Shown here piece by piece: positions 10,123 through 22,067 of a stretch of 64,000 nucleotides of DNA. Both the position numbers and the translations under genes were made by a program. The stretch spans positions 2,368,001 to 2,432,000 of the forward strand of contig OZ246001.1 of the NCBI GenBank assembly GCA_965230295.1, written 5' to 3'. The stretch comes from Marinicella sp. (GTDB taxonomy: Bacteria; Pseudomonadota; Gammaproteobacteria; Xanthomonadales; Marinicellaceae). The notes under the pieces were generated by a model. That model worked only from the letters and a program-made list of their open reading frames with translations, ran no database searches and was not told the DNA's origin. Within the stretch, counting starts at the first letter, position 1, and the number at the start of each line of letters is the position of its first letter.

Positions 10123-11476
10123 TCAAAGGTTTAAATGGTTACCAGATTGGTTACACACAAAATCCAAGAAAAAAGCCAATCCTGCCAGTTATTTCGTACA
10201 CATTCCGAAGACAGCAGGTACCAGTTTCATTGTTTTACTAGATCGTTTTTATGCCGCTGAGAAAATCTATCCACACCAGTTGTGGCGTGAAACTCAAGAA
10301 ATCGATGTGGATGCCAATGATGCCTATGACTTATATAGGGGGCATTTTGGTGGTGGTGGCGTTTCAGTACTGACCCGCAGGGACCTTGAGTATTTCACCC
10401 TGTTGCGTGATCCGAATTCAATGGCCCAGTCAACCTATCAATTTGTGAAACGAGAAAAAAATACCAAAGTACATGAGCTGGTCGTACAACAGCAAATGAG
10501 TTTTTCCGATTTTTTACAACACCACATCACTTCACCATTGGTCAAAAATCGTTTGATCAGGAACATTTCATTTGATTTTGTTGATGACCCTGCAGCACAA
10601 GAAGTGTTTTTGTCAGCAGAAACCATTCAGTATTTACAGTCCATTATCGAACAACAGAAACCAGCCATTGATGATGATCAGCGCTTGCTGCGTGCCAAAG
10701 AATTTTTGGTGTCTTGTCGCTGGTTTGGGTTGTTGGAACGATTTGATGAGTCCATGCAATTGTTGTGCTACACCATGCATTGGCCTCCTGTTGGCAGCAG
10801 TCAAAAATTGAACACCCACAAACATGCGCTTACAGTCTCTGAAGCTGAGACTGATATACTGGAAAGACTCAATCAACAAGACACCGCATTTTATTCTTTT
10901 GCCAGTACTTTGTTTGAACAAAGGTTGGCCGATATGAAATCATCGTTGGATCAATTAAGAACCTCTGAGTGTCAAAGTACTGATGACTTATTGGACCAGC
11001 GATACCAACAGCATCAAGCTCAAGTGATGGCTGATCAATTGCCTGCTGAATTGTCTTATGGTTTTGATCAGGCCTTATTAGGCAGCCAATGGCATCGACG
11101 TGAACTGATGCACCCTGAAAATGAATATTTTCGATGGACGGGTCCAGGCAGTGTGTCAAGTATAGACTTTTGGGTACAGCCCAAAGAATATACCATTACC
11201 ATGCGCCTGATCAACGCCACAGATGTGGCTGTTTTGGATGGTTTGATATTGACCCTGAACGGGCAACCTGCCCAATGGAAAACCAATGATACCGGTTTGG
11301 TGAGAATCTTGTCTTTAAGTTGTGAAAAAGAAATGATCCATAGCAATGGTTTGCTGCGCCTGGGAATTCAGTGCAATGCAATGACCAGTCACCAGCAAGC
11401 ATTTGGTTCCGATGATGAAAGGCTTGTCGGTGTGGCGATACATTGGATAAAATTTAAACATGTCAGCAGCCAATAA
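10106..11476 (+). CDS. Sulfotransferase family 2 protein with C-terminal beta-sandwich domain
   Basis: FVHIPKTAGTS and LLRDP; C-terminal region WH..E..FRWTG...DERLVGVAI. Confidence 0.82.
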   Translation: MKASSNQRFKWLPDWLHTKSKKKANPASYFVHIPKTAGTSFIVLLDRFYAAEKIYPHQLWRETQEIDVDANDAYDLYRGHFGGGGVSVLTRRDLEYFTLLRDPNSMAQSTYQFVKREKNTKVHELVVQQQMSFSDFLQHHITSPLVKNRLIRNISFDFVDDPAAQEVFLSAETIQYLQSIIEQQKPAIDDDQRLLRAKEFLVSCRWFGLLERFDESMQLLCYTMHWPPVGSSQKLNTHKHALTVSEAETDILERLNQQDTAFYSFASTLFEQRLADMKSSLDQLRTSECQSTDDLLDQRYQQHQAQVMADQLPAELSYGFDQALLGSQWHRRELMHPENEYFRWTGPGSVSSIDFWVQPKEYTITMRLINATDVAVLDGLILTLNGQPAQWKTNDTGLVRILSLSCEKEMIHSNGLLRLGIQCNAMTSHQQAFGSDDERLVGVAIHWIKFKHVSSQ

Positions 11477-12719
11477 ACCCATATTTATCACCGGCCGGTT
11501 TCGTTCAGGGACTTCGTTTTTGTGGCAGTTGTTTGATCAACTGGAGGATTACTGTGCTTGGTATGAACCCTTGCACCCACAATTACTGACCGCCATTCAT
11601 TATGTGAAACCCAAAGAAGATCATGTCGGAGTTAAGGATTATTGGTCTGCGTATCGTCAACACCCGGAATTTGCCAAAAACTATTCGTCAGATTTTGCCA
11701 CCCAAAAGTTGTACCTGGAAAGCAAACATGACTACCACGAGTTGGAATCCTATATCAAACATTTGATTTTGCTGTCTGGATCAAAAACGCCTGTGTTGCA
11801 ATTCAATCGAGTTGATTTGCGTTTGGGTTGGTTGCGAGCTAAATTTCCTCAGGCCAGGATTATTCACATTGAACGCAACCCCTTGCAGCTGTATTATTCA
11901 CAGCGAAAACACATTGATGAAGACAGTCGACACCAAGAAGATTATTGGGATGCCTATGAATTGATGCCATGGTGTCATGGACTTTACCAAGAGTTTCCAT
12001 TTCTGTTGGACGGCGCACCGGATCAACATGCATTTTATCGATTCTATGCCTTGTATCAATTGTCAAAATGGAATGCGGCCAAATACGCCAATCAATCCAT
12101 CAATTTAGATGTGGATGTCTTTCAAAGTGATGCTTTTATAGCCAAGTTGAACCAGGTTGTGCCTTTATCTTTACAACAACAATCTCAGATCAAAGCCATG
12201 ACCCATGTACCAGAACAAAGGATGTTTGCGGCTGAATATGTTGAAGCAATGGCAAACATCATGACTACAGTTGATCTTAAGCTGGCCGAAGCCGGGTTGA
12301 CTGAAAATTTCCCGCACAGGTCGTTGTTGGCGATACAGTTCCAACACCCTGATTTTTGGTCTCAATTCAAATCATCTCAACAAGATTTATTGGCATTAGA
12401 AAAAGCCACAGACAAGCTGGCCAATGAAGTTAACAGGATTCATCAAGAGAACCAATATTACCTCAGGGAGATTGATACTTTGTCTGGCAACAGCCATGAG
12501 CTAGATGGACTGCCTGAGGGCATTCTTGATGTAGATAAAATCACACTGCCCACAAAAAAAACGGCCGAAAGTTTGTTGATATACTTCGACCAGTTGACCA
12601 ATGCCATGACACAAATTCTGGCCATCAATGCTTATTTGGATCCAGAGTTTTATGCTTTGAAAGATGCGGCCGATGGCAAGCAAACGCCAGTTGAACCCGA
12701 TGGCGAGAAAGACTCATGA
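11460..12719 (+). CDS. Sulfotransferase domain protein with helical C-terminal tail
   Basis: PIFITGRFRSGTS P-loop, YEPLHP, ARIIHIERNP. Confidence 0.8.
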   Translation: MSAANKPIFITGRFRSGTSFLWQLFDQLEDYCAWYEPLHPQLLTAIHYVKPKEDHVGVKDYWSAYRQHPEFAKNYSSDFATQKLYLESKHDYHELESYIKHLILLSGSKTPVLQFNRVDLRLGWLRAKFPQARIIHIERNPLQLYYSQRKHIDEDSRHQEDYWDAYELMPWCHGLYQEFPFLLDGAPDQHAFYRFYALYQLSKWNAAKYANQSINLDVDVFQSDAFIAKLNQVVPLSLQQQSQIKAMTHVPEQRMFAAEYVEAMANIMTTVDLKLAEAGLTENFPHRSLLAIQFQHPDFWSQFKSSQQDLLALEKATDKLANEVNRIHQENQYYLREIDTLSGNSHELDGLPEGILDVDKITLPTKKTAESLLIYFDQLTNAMTQILAINAYLDPEFYALKDAADGKQTPVEPDGEKDS

Positions 12720-13351
12720 ACAAAACCAAAAGAACAGAAATATTTACCCGCTGGCGCAACATCAACCCCAAACCCACCACGGAGTTGGAATTTTCATCTC
12801 CATTCGAGTTGTTGGTGGCGGTGGCACTTTCAGCCCAATCGACTGATGTGGGTGTCAACAAAGCGACCAGCAGACTGTTCCCTGTGGCGAATACCCCTGC
12901 AGCCATTTTGGCCTTGGGTGAAGAAGGCTTGAAGAACTACATCAAAACCATTGGTTTGTATAACTCAAAAGCCAAGCACATCATCCAAACCTGCCAAATA
13001 TTAATTGAGCGTTTTGATTCGGTGGTACCTGAAAACCGTGAGGATCTAGAGTCCTTGCCTGGCGTGGGACGAAAAACCGCCAATGTGATTTTGAACACAG
13101 CCTTTGGTCAGCCTACCATGGCGGTGGACACCCACATTTATCGGGTTTCTAACCGCACCAAAATAGCACCGGGTAAGAACGTTCTAGAAGTTGAAAAAAG
13201 GCTGGTGCGTTTGATACCCAAAGAATTTATGGTCGATGCCCACCATTGGTTGATCCTACACGGCCGTTATGTCTGTAAAGCACGTAAGCCGATGTGTGGT
13301 GAATGCGTGATCGTGGATTTGTGTGAATTCAATAAGAAGGTGTTGGATTGA
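12716..13351 (+). CDS. nth: Endonuclease III
   Basis: LLVAVALSAQSTD, HhH LPGVGRKTAN, VDTH and the C-X6-C-X2-C-X5-C Fe-S motif. Confidence 0.97.
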   Translation: MNKTKRTEIFTRWRNINPKPTTELEFSSPFELLVAVALSAQSTDVGVNKATSRLFPVANTPAAILALGEEGLKNYIKTIGLYNSKAKHIIQTCQILIERFDSVVPENREDLESLPGVGRKTANVILNTAFGQPTMAVDTHIYRVSNRTKIAPGKNVLEVEKRLVRLIPKEFMVDAHHWLILHGRYVCKARKPMCGECVIVDLCEFNKKVLD

Positions 13352-13366
13352 ATATCACTTCTGATT

Positions 13367-13483
13367 CGTCATCCTGCGACTTGATCGCAGGATCCAGGTT
13401 GGTTGATCCATAATCAATTCATAATACTTAAATAGAATTCATCACTTACTGCCTGGATGCTCTGGTCAAGCCACAGCATGACG
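13367..13483. repeat. REP/RPE-like inverted pair of palindromic units between convergent nth and aroE
   Basis: Arm 13367-13398 (cgtcatcctgcgacttgatcgcaggatccagg) matches the reverse complement of 13452-13483 at 25/32 positions. Each arm folds into its own 9-bp hairpin with a CTTGA loop. Confidence 0.75.
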
Positions 13484-13494
13484 TTGTTTTTCAT

Positions 13495-15317
<1,823 letters not shown>

Positions 15318-15361
15318 CTAAAATTTCACCCCATTACTCATATTCATCAGAAAAACAAACC

Positions 15362-16132
15362 ATGGCCATTGTCATCAAAACACCTGAACAAATTGAAAAA
15401 ATGCGTGAAGCCGGTAAAAATGCAGCTGAAGTGCTGGATTTAATCGGAGAACACGTCAAGCCCGGTGTTTCAACCTTGGAATTAGACGACATCTGCCACC
15501 GCCACATCGTGGAGGTGCAAAAATGCATTCCAGCACCTTTGAATTACCGGGGTTTCCCCAAATCCATTTGTACCTCCGTCAATCAAGTGATTTGTCATGG
15601 CATACCCGATGAGAAAAAGATCCTCAAAGACGGTGACATCATCAACATCGATGTGACGGTTATTAAAGACGGTTGGCATGGAGACACGTCCCGCATGTTT
15701 TTTGTGGGAGAACCCAAGACCCGGGCCAAAAGGTTGGTGGATGTGACCTATCAAGCCATGAAAACCGGCATTCAAATGGTAAAACCAGGTGTGAGGCTGG
15801 GTGACATTGGTGCGGCCATTCAGGCTTTGGCCTACAAAAACCGCTATTCAGTGGTTTATGAATACTGCGGTCATGGCATCGGTCAAACCTTTCATGAAGA
15901 CCCACAAGTTTTGCACTATGGTCGTGCAGGCACAGGTGTGGTGTTAGAGGAGGGCATGACTTTCACCATTGAACCTATGATCAATTTGGGTAAGCGCCAC
16001 AGCAAATTGTTGGGTGATGGTTGGACAGTGGTGACCAAAGATCGCAGCCTATCGGCACAATTTGAGCACACCATTGCGGTCACCAAAGATGGCTATGACG
16101 TGTTGACCGAATCGCCAAACTATCCCCTGTAA
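15362..16132 (+). CDS. map: Type I methionine aminopeptidase
   Basis: CTSVNQVICHGIP, DVTVIKDGWHGDTS, GHGIG, TIEPMIN, AQFEHT. Confidence 0.97.
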   Translation: MAIVIKTPEQIEKMREAGKNAAEVLDLIGEHVKPGVSTLELDDICHRHIVEVQKCIPAPLNYRGFPKSICTSVNQVICHGIPDEKKILKDGDIINIDVTVIKDGWHGDTSRMFFVGEPKTRAKRLVDVTYQAMKTGIQMVKPGVRLGDIGAAIQALAYKNRYSVVYEYCGHGIGQTFHEDPQVLHYGRAGTGVVLEEGMTFTIEPMINLGKRHSKLLGDGWTVVTKDRSLSAQFEHTIAVTKDGYDVLTESPNYPL

Positions 16133-16135
16133 TCC

Positions 16136-18724
16136 ATGGCTTTATTGGCACCACCAGACCATGCCGATGACTACTTTGACTTGAATGAACTGGCTGCCAT
16201 CAAAGGTCAGCCCATCACTGCCTATAAAAAACTGCTGCAATCAGCTGATGAGAAGTTGAATCAGGCATTTTATCAATGGCAAAACATCTCAAGACTGGTC
16301 AGAACCCGGGCTTGGGTGGTTGAACAGCTGGTTATTGAACTGTGGCGCCGCAATGAACTGGATCAACATCAACTGGCTTTGGTGGCTGTGGGTGGATTCG
16401 GGCGAGGTGATTTACAACCCCATTCTGATGTTGATCTATTGATTTTGTATCACCAAAATTTACCTGAAGATGCTGTCAGTGCTTTCATTCAAAACCTGTG
16501 GGATTTGGGTTTGGATGTGGGTCAATCAGTACGTACGGTTAAAGACTCTGTGGCCTTGGCCAGTGATGACATTTCTGTGGCCACCAATTTAATGGAAAGC
16601 CGTTTCATGCAAGGTGAACATCCCTTGTTCAACGACATGTATGAAAAAACCAATGACCGTCACATGTGGTCAGGACGGGATTTCTTTCAGGCCAAATATC
16701 AGGAACAATTGAATCGCCATGAGAAGTGTGGTGGAACAGCCTATAATTTAGAACCCAACATCAAAGAAGGCCAAGGTGGCTTGCGTGACATTCAAATGGT
16801 GACCTGGGTGGCACAGCGACATTTCCATGTGAAATCCATGCATGGGTTAGTAGACGTTGGATTTCTGTTACCCGACGAATACATACAATTACAAAAAGGC
16901 ATGCGCAAGCTTTGGAAAATCCGCTATGCATTGCATTTGTTGGCTGGACGCAAAGAGGATCGGTTGTTGTTTGAACACCAAAAAGAACTGGCCAAGATAT
17001 TTTCATATCAGGATGACGATGAGTCATTGGCGGTAGAAAAATTCATGCAAAGCCATTACCGCAATGCCATGCAGCTTGAACAACTGAATATGCGTTTGTT
17101 GCAGTTGTTTCAGGAAAATATCCTGCAGAACCATGAAGACAAACAAGCGACGGTATTAGATGATGATTTTAAGATCATCAATCAATATTTAGAAGTCAGC
17201 AACCGACAAGTCTTTATCGATCGGCCTGCTGCTTTGTTTGAGGTGTTTCATCATTATCAACAAAACCCTCAGATCCATGGCATCAGAGCCAACACCTTGC
17301 GATACATCAGCCAAAGTTTGTATTTGGTTGACGATGCCTTTCGCCAGGATGACCACATAAAATCCATGTTTGTTGATATTTTCAAGCACAAGAACTTGGT
17401 GTTCAGTCAACTCAAACTGATGAATGCTTTGGGCATACTTGGCGCGTATTTGCCGGTTTTCGGCCGGATTGTCGGTCGCATGCAATATGACCTGTTTCAT
17501 ATGTATACAGTGGATCAGCATACGTTGTTTGTGTTGCGCAACATCCGTAAGATATTTCTTACAGCACGAGAGCACCCGTTGGCCAACGAAGTGTCAAAGC
17601 GGATTGAGTCACCATATGTATTGAATTTGGCAGGTTTCTTTCATGACATAGCCAAAGGCAGAGGGGGTGACCATGCTGAATTAGGGGCTGAAGAAGCCAT
17701 CCTGTTCGGACGTTCTTTTGCTTTGCCAGAGAGCGATGTGGATTTGTTGGTGTGGTTGGTTAAGTACCACTTAATCATGTCTGTGGTGGCACAAAAGCAG
17801 GACATCAGTGACCCACAAGTGATTGCTCAGTTTGCCCACTTGGTGCGTCGGCAAACATACCTGGATCACTTGTATATCTTAACGGTCGCCGACATATCAG
17901 GTACCGATCCAAAATTATGGAACTCTTATAAAGACAGTTTATTGCAAGAACTGTATGCCAGAACCACCCAGTATTTGTCAGCAGAAGAAGATGTTCAGGT
18001 CGAGTCTACAAAAGCTGAAGCCATGGGGTTGATGGATGAAAAACACCATGAGGATGTGGTTGATCTGTGGCAGCATTTTCCAGACCGCTTTTTTGATTAT
18101 TCATCGCCTGAACAAATTGCTCAGATCAGTCTGGCCATTGCAGAAAATAAGCACCAAGCAACGGTTTGTGTCACCGAACAACACAGGGACGGTTTTGAAC
18201 TGATGTTGTATGGCAAAGATCAGACCGGATTGTTTCATCACGTGGTAGGAGTGCTGGCTAATCACCAGATCAGTGTCGGTAATGCCAGAATTTACAGCGG
18301 GTCCAATGGTTTTGTTTTGGATTACTTTCATTGTTTGGGTGATTACGATGTCAATACCATAAAACAATTAGAAATGGAGTTGTTGACCGTGATTCAATCA
18401 GGTTTGAAACAAACCACAAAACGTGAAATGGTTGTCAGTCGTCGTGAAAAAATGTTTCTGGAGCAACCTAAAATGAATTTTTCTGCAGGACGGCATGAGC
18501 ATGAAACACGATTTGAGGTCACATGTACAGATTATGCCGGCTTATTGGTTAACATCACCCAAATTTTTGTTGATCAAAACATCGACATACATGCTGCTAA
18601 AATTGGTACATTTGGTCACCGGGCAGAAGACGTGTTTTGGCTGTCTCATGAAGACAGGGCTTTGTCAGTTGACATCCAAATTGCGATCAAAAAAGAAATG
18701 TTCGAGATGCTAAGAAAAATATAA
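16136..18724 (+). CDS. glnD: [Protein-PII] uridylyltransferase
   Basis: AVGGFGRG..PHSDVDL, EPNIKEGQGGLRD, HD domain HDIAKGRGGDH, two ACT domains; follows map as usual. Confidence 0.96.
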   Translation: MALLAPPDHADDYFDLNELAAIKGQPITAYKKLLQSADEKLNQAFYQWQNISRLVRTRAWVVEQLVIELWRRNELDQHQLALVAVGGFGRGDLQPHSDVDLLILYHQNLPEDAVSAFIQNLWDLGLDVGQSVRTVKDSVALASDDISVATNLMESRFMQGEHPLFNDMYEKTNDRHMWSGRDFFQAKYQEQLNRHEKCGGTAYNLEPNIKEGQGGLRDIQMVTWVAQRHFHVKSMHGLVDVGFLLPDEYIQLQKGMRKLWKIRYALHLLAGRKEDRLLFEHQKELAKIFSYQDDDESLAVEKFMQSHYRNAMQLEQLNMRLLQLFQENILQNHEDKQATVLDDDFKIINQYLEVSNRQVFIDRPAALFEVFHHYQQNPQIHGIRANTLRYISQSLYLVDDAFRQDDHIKSMFVDIFKHKNLVFSQLKLMNALGILGAYLPVFGRIVGRMQYDLFHMYTVDQHTLFVLRNIRKIFLTAREHPLANEVSKRIESPYVLNLAGFFHDIAKGRGGDHAELGAEEAILFGRSFALPESDVDLLVWLVKYHLIMSVVAQKQDISDPQVIAQFAHLVRRQTYLDHLYILTVADISGTDPKLWNSYKDSLLQELYARTTQYLSAEEDVQVESTKAEAMGLMDEKHHEDVVDLWQHFPDRFFDYSSPEQIAQISLAIAENKHQATVCVTEQHRDGFELMLYGKDQTGLFHHVVGVLANHQISVGNARIYSGSNGFVLDYFHCLGDYDVNTIKQLEMELLTVIQSGLKQTTKREMVVSRREKMFLEQPKMNFSAGRHEHETRFEVTCTDYAGLLVNITQIFVDQNIDIHAAKIGTFGHRAEDVFWLSHEDRALSVDIQIAIKKEMFEMLRKI

Positions 18725-18928
18725 CCTCTGAATTTTCAAATTTTTATACTAATTTCTTTTGAATAGTACTGAAAACTTGAATTGTTTTTATAGATATTTG
18801 CATCAAAAATCTCAATATTCAATTCTATATTTAGGGTTCAAAAAACTAATTCTAAATTCGACTTTTATTAGATAATGTAAAATGAACAAGAATTATGTAA
18901 TTAATAATAAAAAATACTGGAGAATGCT

Positions 18929-20146
18929 GTGCTCATTCATAAGAAAACAATAAAGAAAATTGTAGTCTTTTACATGTTAGTGGTTGTTGTTTTTGGGTCA
19001 TTAGCTGAAAATTTGATAATAGATGTTGATGGAAATACATATTTACTTCCTATCAGTGGTGAAGTTCAAATTGATTTTGATGATGGAGATGTTACCGTTT
19101 CATTTAATGAAAAAGATGAAAATGTAAGGAAAGTATATGCAGCTCTTCAAAATAACACTTTTACTGTAAATAAAAGTAAAAATTATTTACATGATCAAAA
19201 TGATATCCTAGAAAATAATAAAAAACTAGAAAGAAACTCATATCTTTACATTCTTGTAAATTCAACAGCTAAGTCGATAAAGTCGAATGTTAATATTGAA
19301 ATACAAAGGCTGATTGAAAATCTTAATTATATAAAGTCAGGATTTTGTCAACTTCCTAAAGATCTATTTTTTAATCCAGGAAATTTAAAATGTAACAATA
19401 TATTAATCAAAAAAGAAATAGAATTTGGATCTAAGGGCGAGGTTGTCGAATATATATTGATTCTTCAAAAAAGGATAAATATTCTTGAGTCAAACGTTTT
19501 TAATCTAAGAAATTTAATTTCTCATGTTGAGGAAAATTTTATAAAAAATGAAAATAATGAACAACTACTAAAAAATGAATCACTTGTGATTGATGGTTTT
19601 GATTCAAATGTCAATTATTATAAAGAGATGATTAGAGATTTAAAAGTAGACCTAAATATCGAAATGACAATGAAGAATACTATTAAAACTGATCTTGAAT
19701 TGATGAAAAACAAATACAATGATGAAAAGGATCAAAATATAGAACTTCAAAGCAACTTGAAAAGTGAAATATATCTTAGAAATTTGCTTATATATTCTAT
19801 TTTTACAATTGTAGTTTCGATTATATTTGTTTTGATTGTTTCCAAAACATTAAAAAATAGAAATACGCAATTTAATAATAAATTGGAATTTCTAAAAAAA
19901 GAAAAAGTTGATTTGTCAAATAGGTTAAACCAATTAAATTATTTAAGAGTTTTTTTACTTACTTTTACGTCTTTAACAGTATTAGGTTTCGCTTATAGGC
20001 AGCTTTTTGTTAGCAATATTCAAATGCAAGATTTAGCAATTTTAATACCTGTTATTTTAGCTTTAGGATCTATTCCGTATTTTGTCCATAAAATTATTCT
20101 CAGTACTAAACAAGAACTAATCAATATTCTCAGTCAATTAGATTAG
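18929..20146 (+). CDS. Hypothetical AT-rich membrane protein (signal/TM, coiled coil, three C-terminal TMs)
   Basis: A 405-codon ORF in very AT-rich DNA is unlikely by chance; GGAG precedes the GTG start; no family recognised. Confidence 0.65.
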   Translation: MLIHKKTIKKIVVFYMLVVVVFGSLAENLIIDVDGNTYLLPISGEVQIDFDDGDVTVSFNEKDENVRKVYAALQNNTFTVNKSKNYLHDQNDILENNKKLERNSYLYILVNSTAKSIKSNVNIEIQRLIENLNYIKSGFCQLPKDLFFNPGNLKCNNILIKKEIEFGSKGEVVEYILILQKRINILESNVFNLRNLISHVEENFIKNENNEQLLKNESLVIDGFDSNVNYYKEMIRDLKVDLNIEMTMKNTIKTDLELMKNKYNDEKDQNIELQSNLKSEIYLRNLLIYSIFTIVVSIIFVLIVSKTLKNRNTQFNNKLEFLKKEKVDLSNRLNQLNYLRVFLLTFTSLTVLGFAYRQLFVSNIQMQDLAILIPVILALGSIPYFVHKIILSTKQELINILSQLD

Positions 20147-20165
20147 GTTTCTGAGTAAATATTTT

Positions 20166-20924
20166 TCAAAATATCTTGTACAAAAAGCCAGCGAATACAG
20201 ACAGCCTTTGGTCGTCATCTACTATTGGGCTGTTGCTGATTTCATCGCTGTAAAACTCATTTTGTATGTTGCCAACAAATGACCACTTGTCATTGATTCC
20301 AAACAACCCAAATACACCCAGTTGATAAGAGTGTGCCGAACCTGTTTGATAGGCAGGGGTGGTTACAGTGGCATCGATGGGCCTGACGCCAAAGAAGTAA
20401 TTCACCACTTCTTCGGTGTGGTGTTCATAAGACAGTTGGGGCATGATCAACCAACGCTTGTAGAAAATGGGCGCTGAATAGCTGAAGCTGCTGGAAGAAC
20501 CATTGTGTTTGTTGTTGATTTCATGGTTGTGTTTGATCTTGAATAAACCCACTTTACTTTTGTATTGTGCCGATACAAAAGTATTCACCGGAAAGCTTAA
20601 ATCAGGTAAATCGCGCAGTAAACGGCTGTCACCTCGATCGGTGTCACCCACTAAGTTTACGCCCAAGCCAAAATCAACTTCCCAGTTCTTTTCATCAATC
20701 AGGTTGAAGCCGATGTCACCGGCTTGTACATAGAATCGTTTGTACTGGTAATCTATGGCCGGGAAAATTCTGGATTGACTGCTGCCTCCCAGATAGATAG
20801 ATTGGCTGTTGACGGCAGCTAAGCCAATTTGTAATTCGTGTTCTTTGGGTGGTGAGTCTGGAACAGGTTGAGCCAGACTGGCAGTCGAGGTAAATAATAA
20901 AAGGCATGGTAGGATGGTTTTCAT
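20166..20924 (-). CDS. MipA/OmpV family outer membrane protein
   Basis: Signal peptide, SIYLGG, VNYFFGV, DEISNSPIVD, C-terminal barrel strand FAGFLYKIF. Confidence 0.85.
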   Translation of the reverse strand: MKTILPCLLLFTSTASLAQPVPDSPPKEHELQIGLAAVNSQSIYLGGSSQSRIFPAIDYQYKRFYVQAGDIGFNLIDEKNWEVDFGLGVNLVGDTDRGDSRLLRDLPDLSFPVNTFVSAQYKSKVGLFKIKHNHEINNKHNGSSSSFSYSAPIFYKRWLIMPQLSYEHHTEEVVNYFFGVRPIDATVTTPAYQTGSAHSYQLGVFGLFGINDKWSFVGNIQNEFYSDEISNSPIVDDDQRLSVFAGFLYKIF

Positions 20925-20941
20925 GATTGGTTCCTGTTGCG

Positions 20942-21598
20942 TTATTTGATCAGTTTCTGGCCCGCTTTTTTGATGTTTTCTTTACTGACTTTGGCTGGAA
21001 TGTTGATGCCTTTGATCACAGCAGGGCGTTGACCAATTTCATCAGTCCATTGTTTCAAATGTTTAAAAGGGCTTAATTCAACACCTGACCAATTGTGGGT
21101 ATGTACCCAACACCAATTGGCGATGTCAGCAATTGAATAACCTCCTGCTAAATACTCAGCATCTTTGAGGCGGTTGTCTAAAATGCCAAACAAGCGTTTG
21201 ACTTCGTTCTGATAACGTTCAATGGCTGCTGGTATTTTTTCCGGAAAATAACGATAAAACACATTGGCTTGTCCCATCATGGGGCCGATGCCTGACATTT
21301 GGAACATCAGCCACTGCATCACCACAGATTTGCCCTTGGCATCTGTAGGCATCAATTGGCCATACTTTTCGGCCAGGTAGACCATGATGGCACCACTTTC
21401 GAAGACCACGAAATCGTTCGCTTCAGTGTCTACGATGGTTGGGATTCTGCCATTTGGATTCAGTGCAGTGTATGCCTCAGTTTTCTGCTCGTTTTCAGCT
21501 AAATTGAGTGCGATTAACCGGTAATCGATCCCCAGTTCTTCCAGCATGACAGATATTTTCCAGCCATTGGGTGTGGCTGCTGTGTATAGTTTGATCAT
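20942..21598 (-). CDS. Glutathione S-transferase, YfcG-like (TPN) class
   Basis: TPNGWK, NPNGRIP, FESGAI, SIADIA. Confidence 0.9.
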   Translation of the reverse strand: MIKLYTAATPNGWKISVMLEELGIDYRLIALNLAENEQKTEAYTALNPNGRIPTIVDTEANDFVVFESGAIMVYLAEKYGQLMPTDAKGKSVVMQWLMFQMSGIGPMMGQANVFYRYFPEKIPAAIERYQNEVKRLFGILDNRLKDAEYLAGGYSIADIANWCWVHTHNWSGVELSPFKHLKQWTDEIGQRPAVIKGINIPAKVSKENIKKAGQKLIK

Positions 21599-21752
21599 TG
21601 AGGTAATCGCCAACGAAATGATTAATTATAAATCTTATTATAAAAAGTTGGCGTTGGTTTTGAGTGAATTGTGCGGATTAATTTTTTCAGCAGTGGTAAA
21701 AGGTTTGAATGAAAAACTCGTCCTTGAGTCTTCCTTGGTAGTCAGTATATCT

Positions 21753-22067
21753 TCAGCCATCTCCATTGAAGCTTTCAGTCAGTACTTTTGAATTGTGGAT
21801 AGAATTGGCTCTTCTCATGTCTTCAGCTTGATTCCGTTCTCGCCTTTTCTCTTCTCTGGTGGTGCAGCTTTTGGTTTTCAGGTGTGACCCTGTCTTGCGA
21901 TGAGATTCACAAACGACTTCATGCTTGTCACCGGTTTTGGTTAATTTAAAGGATGATGCTTGGTCTGTTTGGTAGTATTCATCACCAATTTTTACCCCAA
22001 CAACCTTATTGGGTGAAGAATTACAAGCTGTTAATACAAAAAAGAAAATAAGTAAAAGTAGTTTCAT
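21753..22067 (-). CDS. Small hypothetical lipoprotein
   Basis: Lipobox LTAC; C-x5-TGSH-x5-C motif. Confidence 0.7.
   Translation of the reverse strand: MKLLLLIFFFVLTACNSSPNKVVGVKIGDEYYQTDQASSFKLTKTGDKHEVVCESHRKTGSHLKTKSCTTREEKRRERNQAEDMRRANSIHNSKVLTESFNGDG

Noticed and set aside
18725-20160. Mobile element call for the AT-rich islet
   Set aside because: No transposase, integrase, terminal repeats or target duplication visible; kept only as a compositional anomaly.
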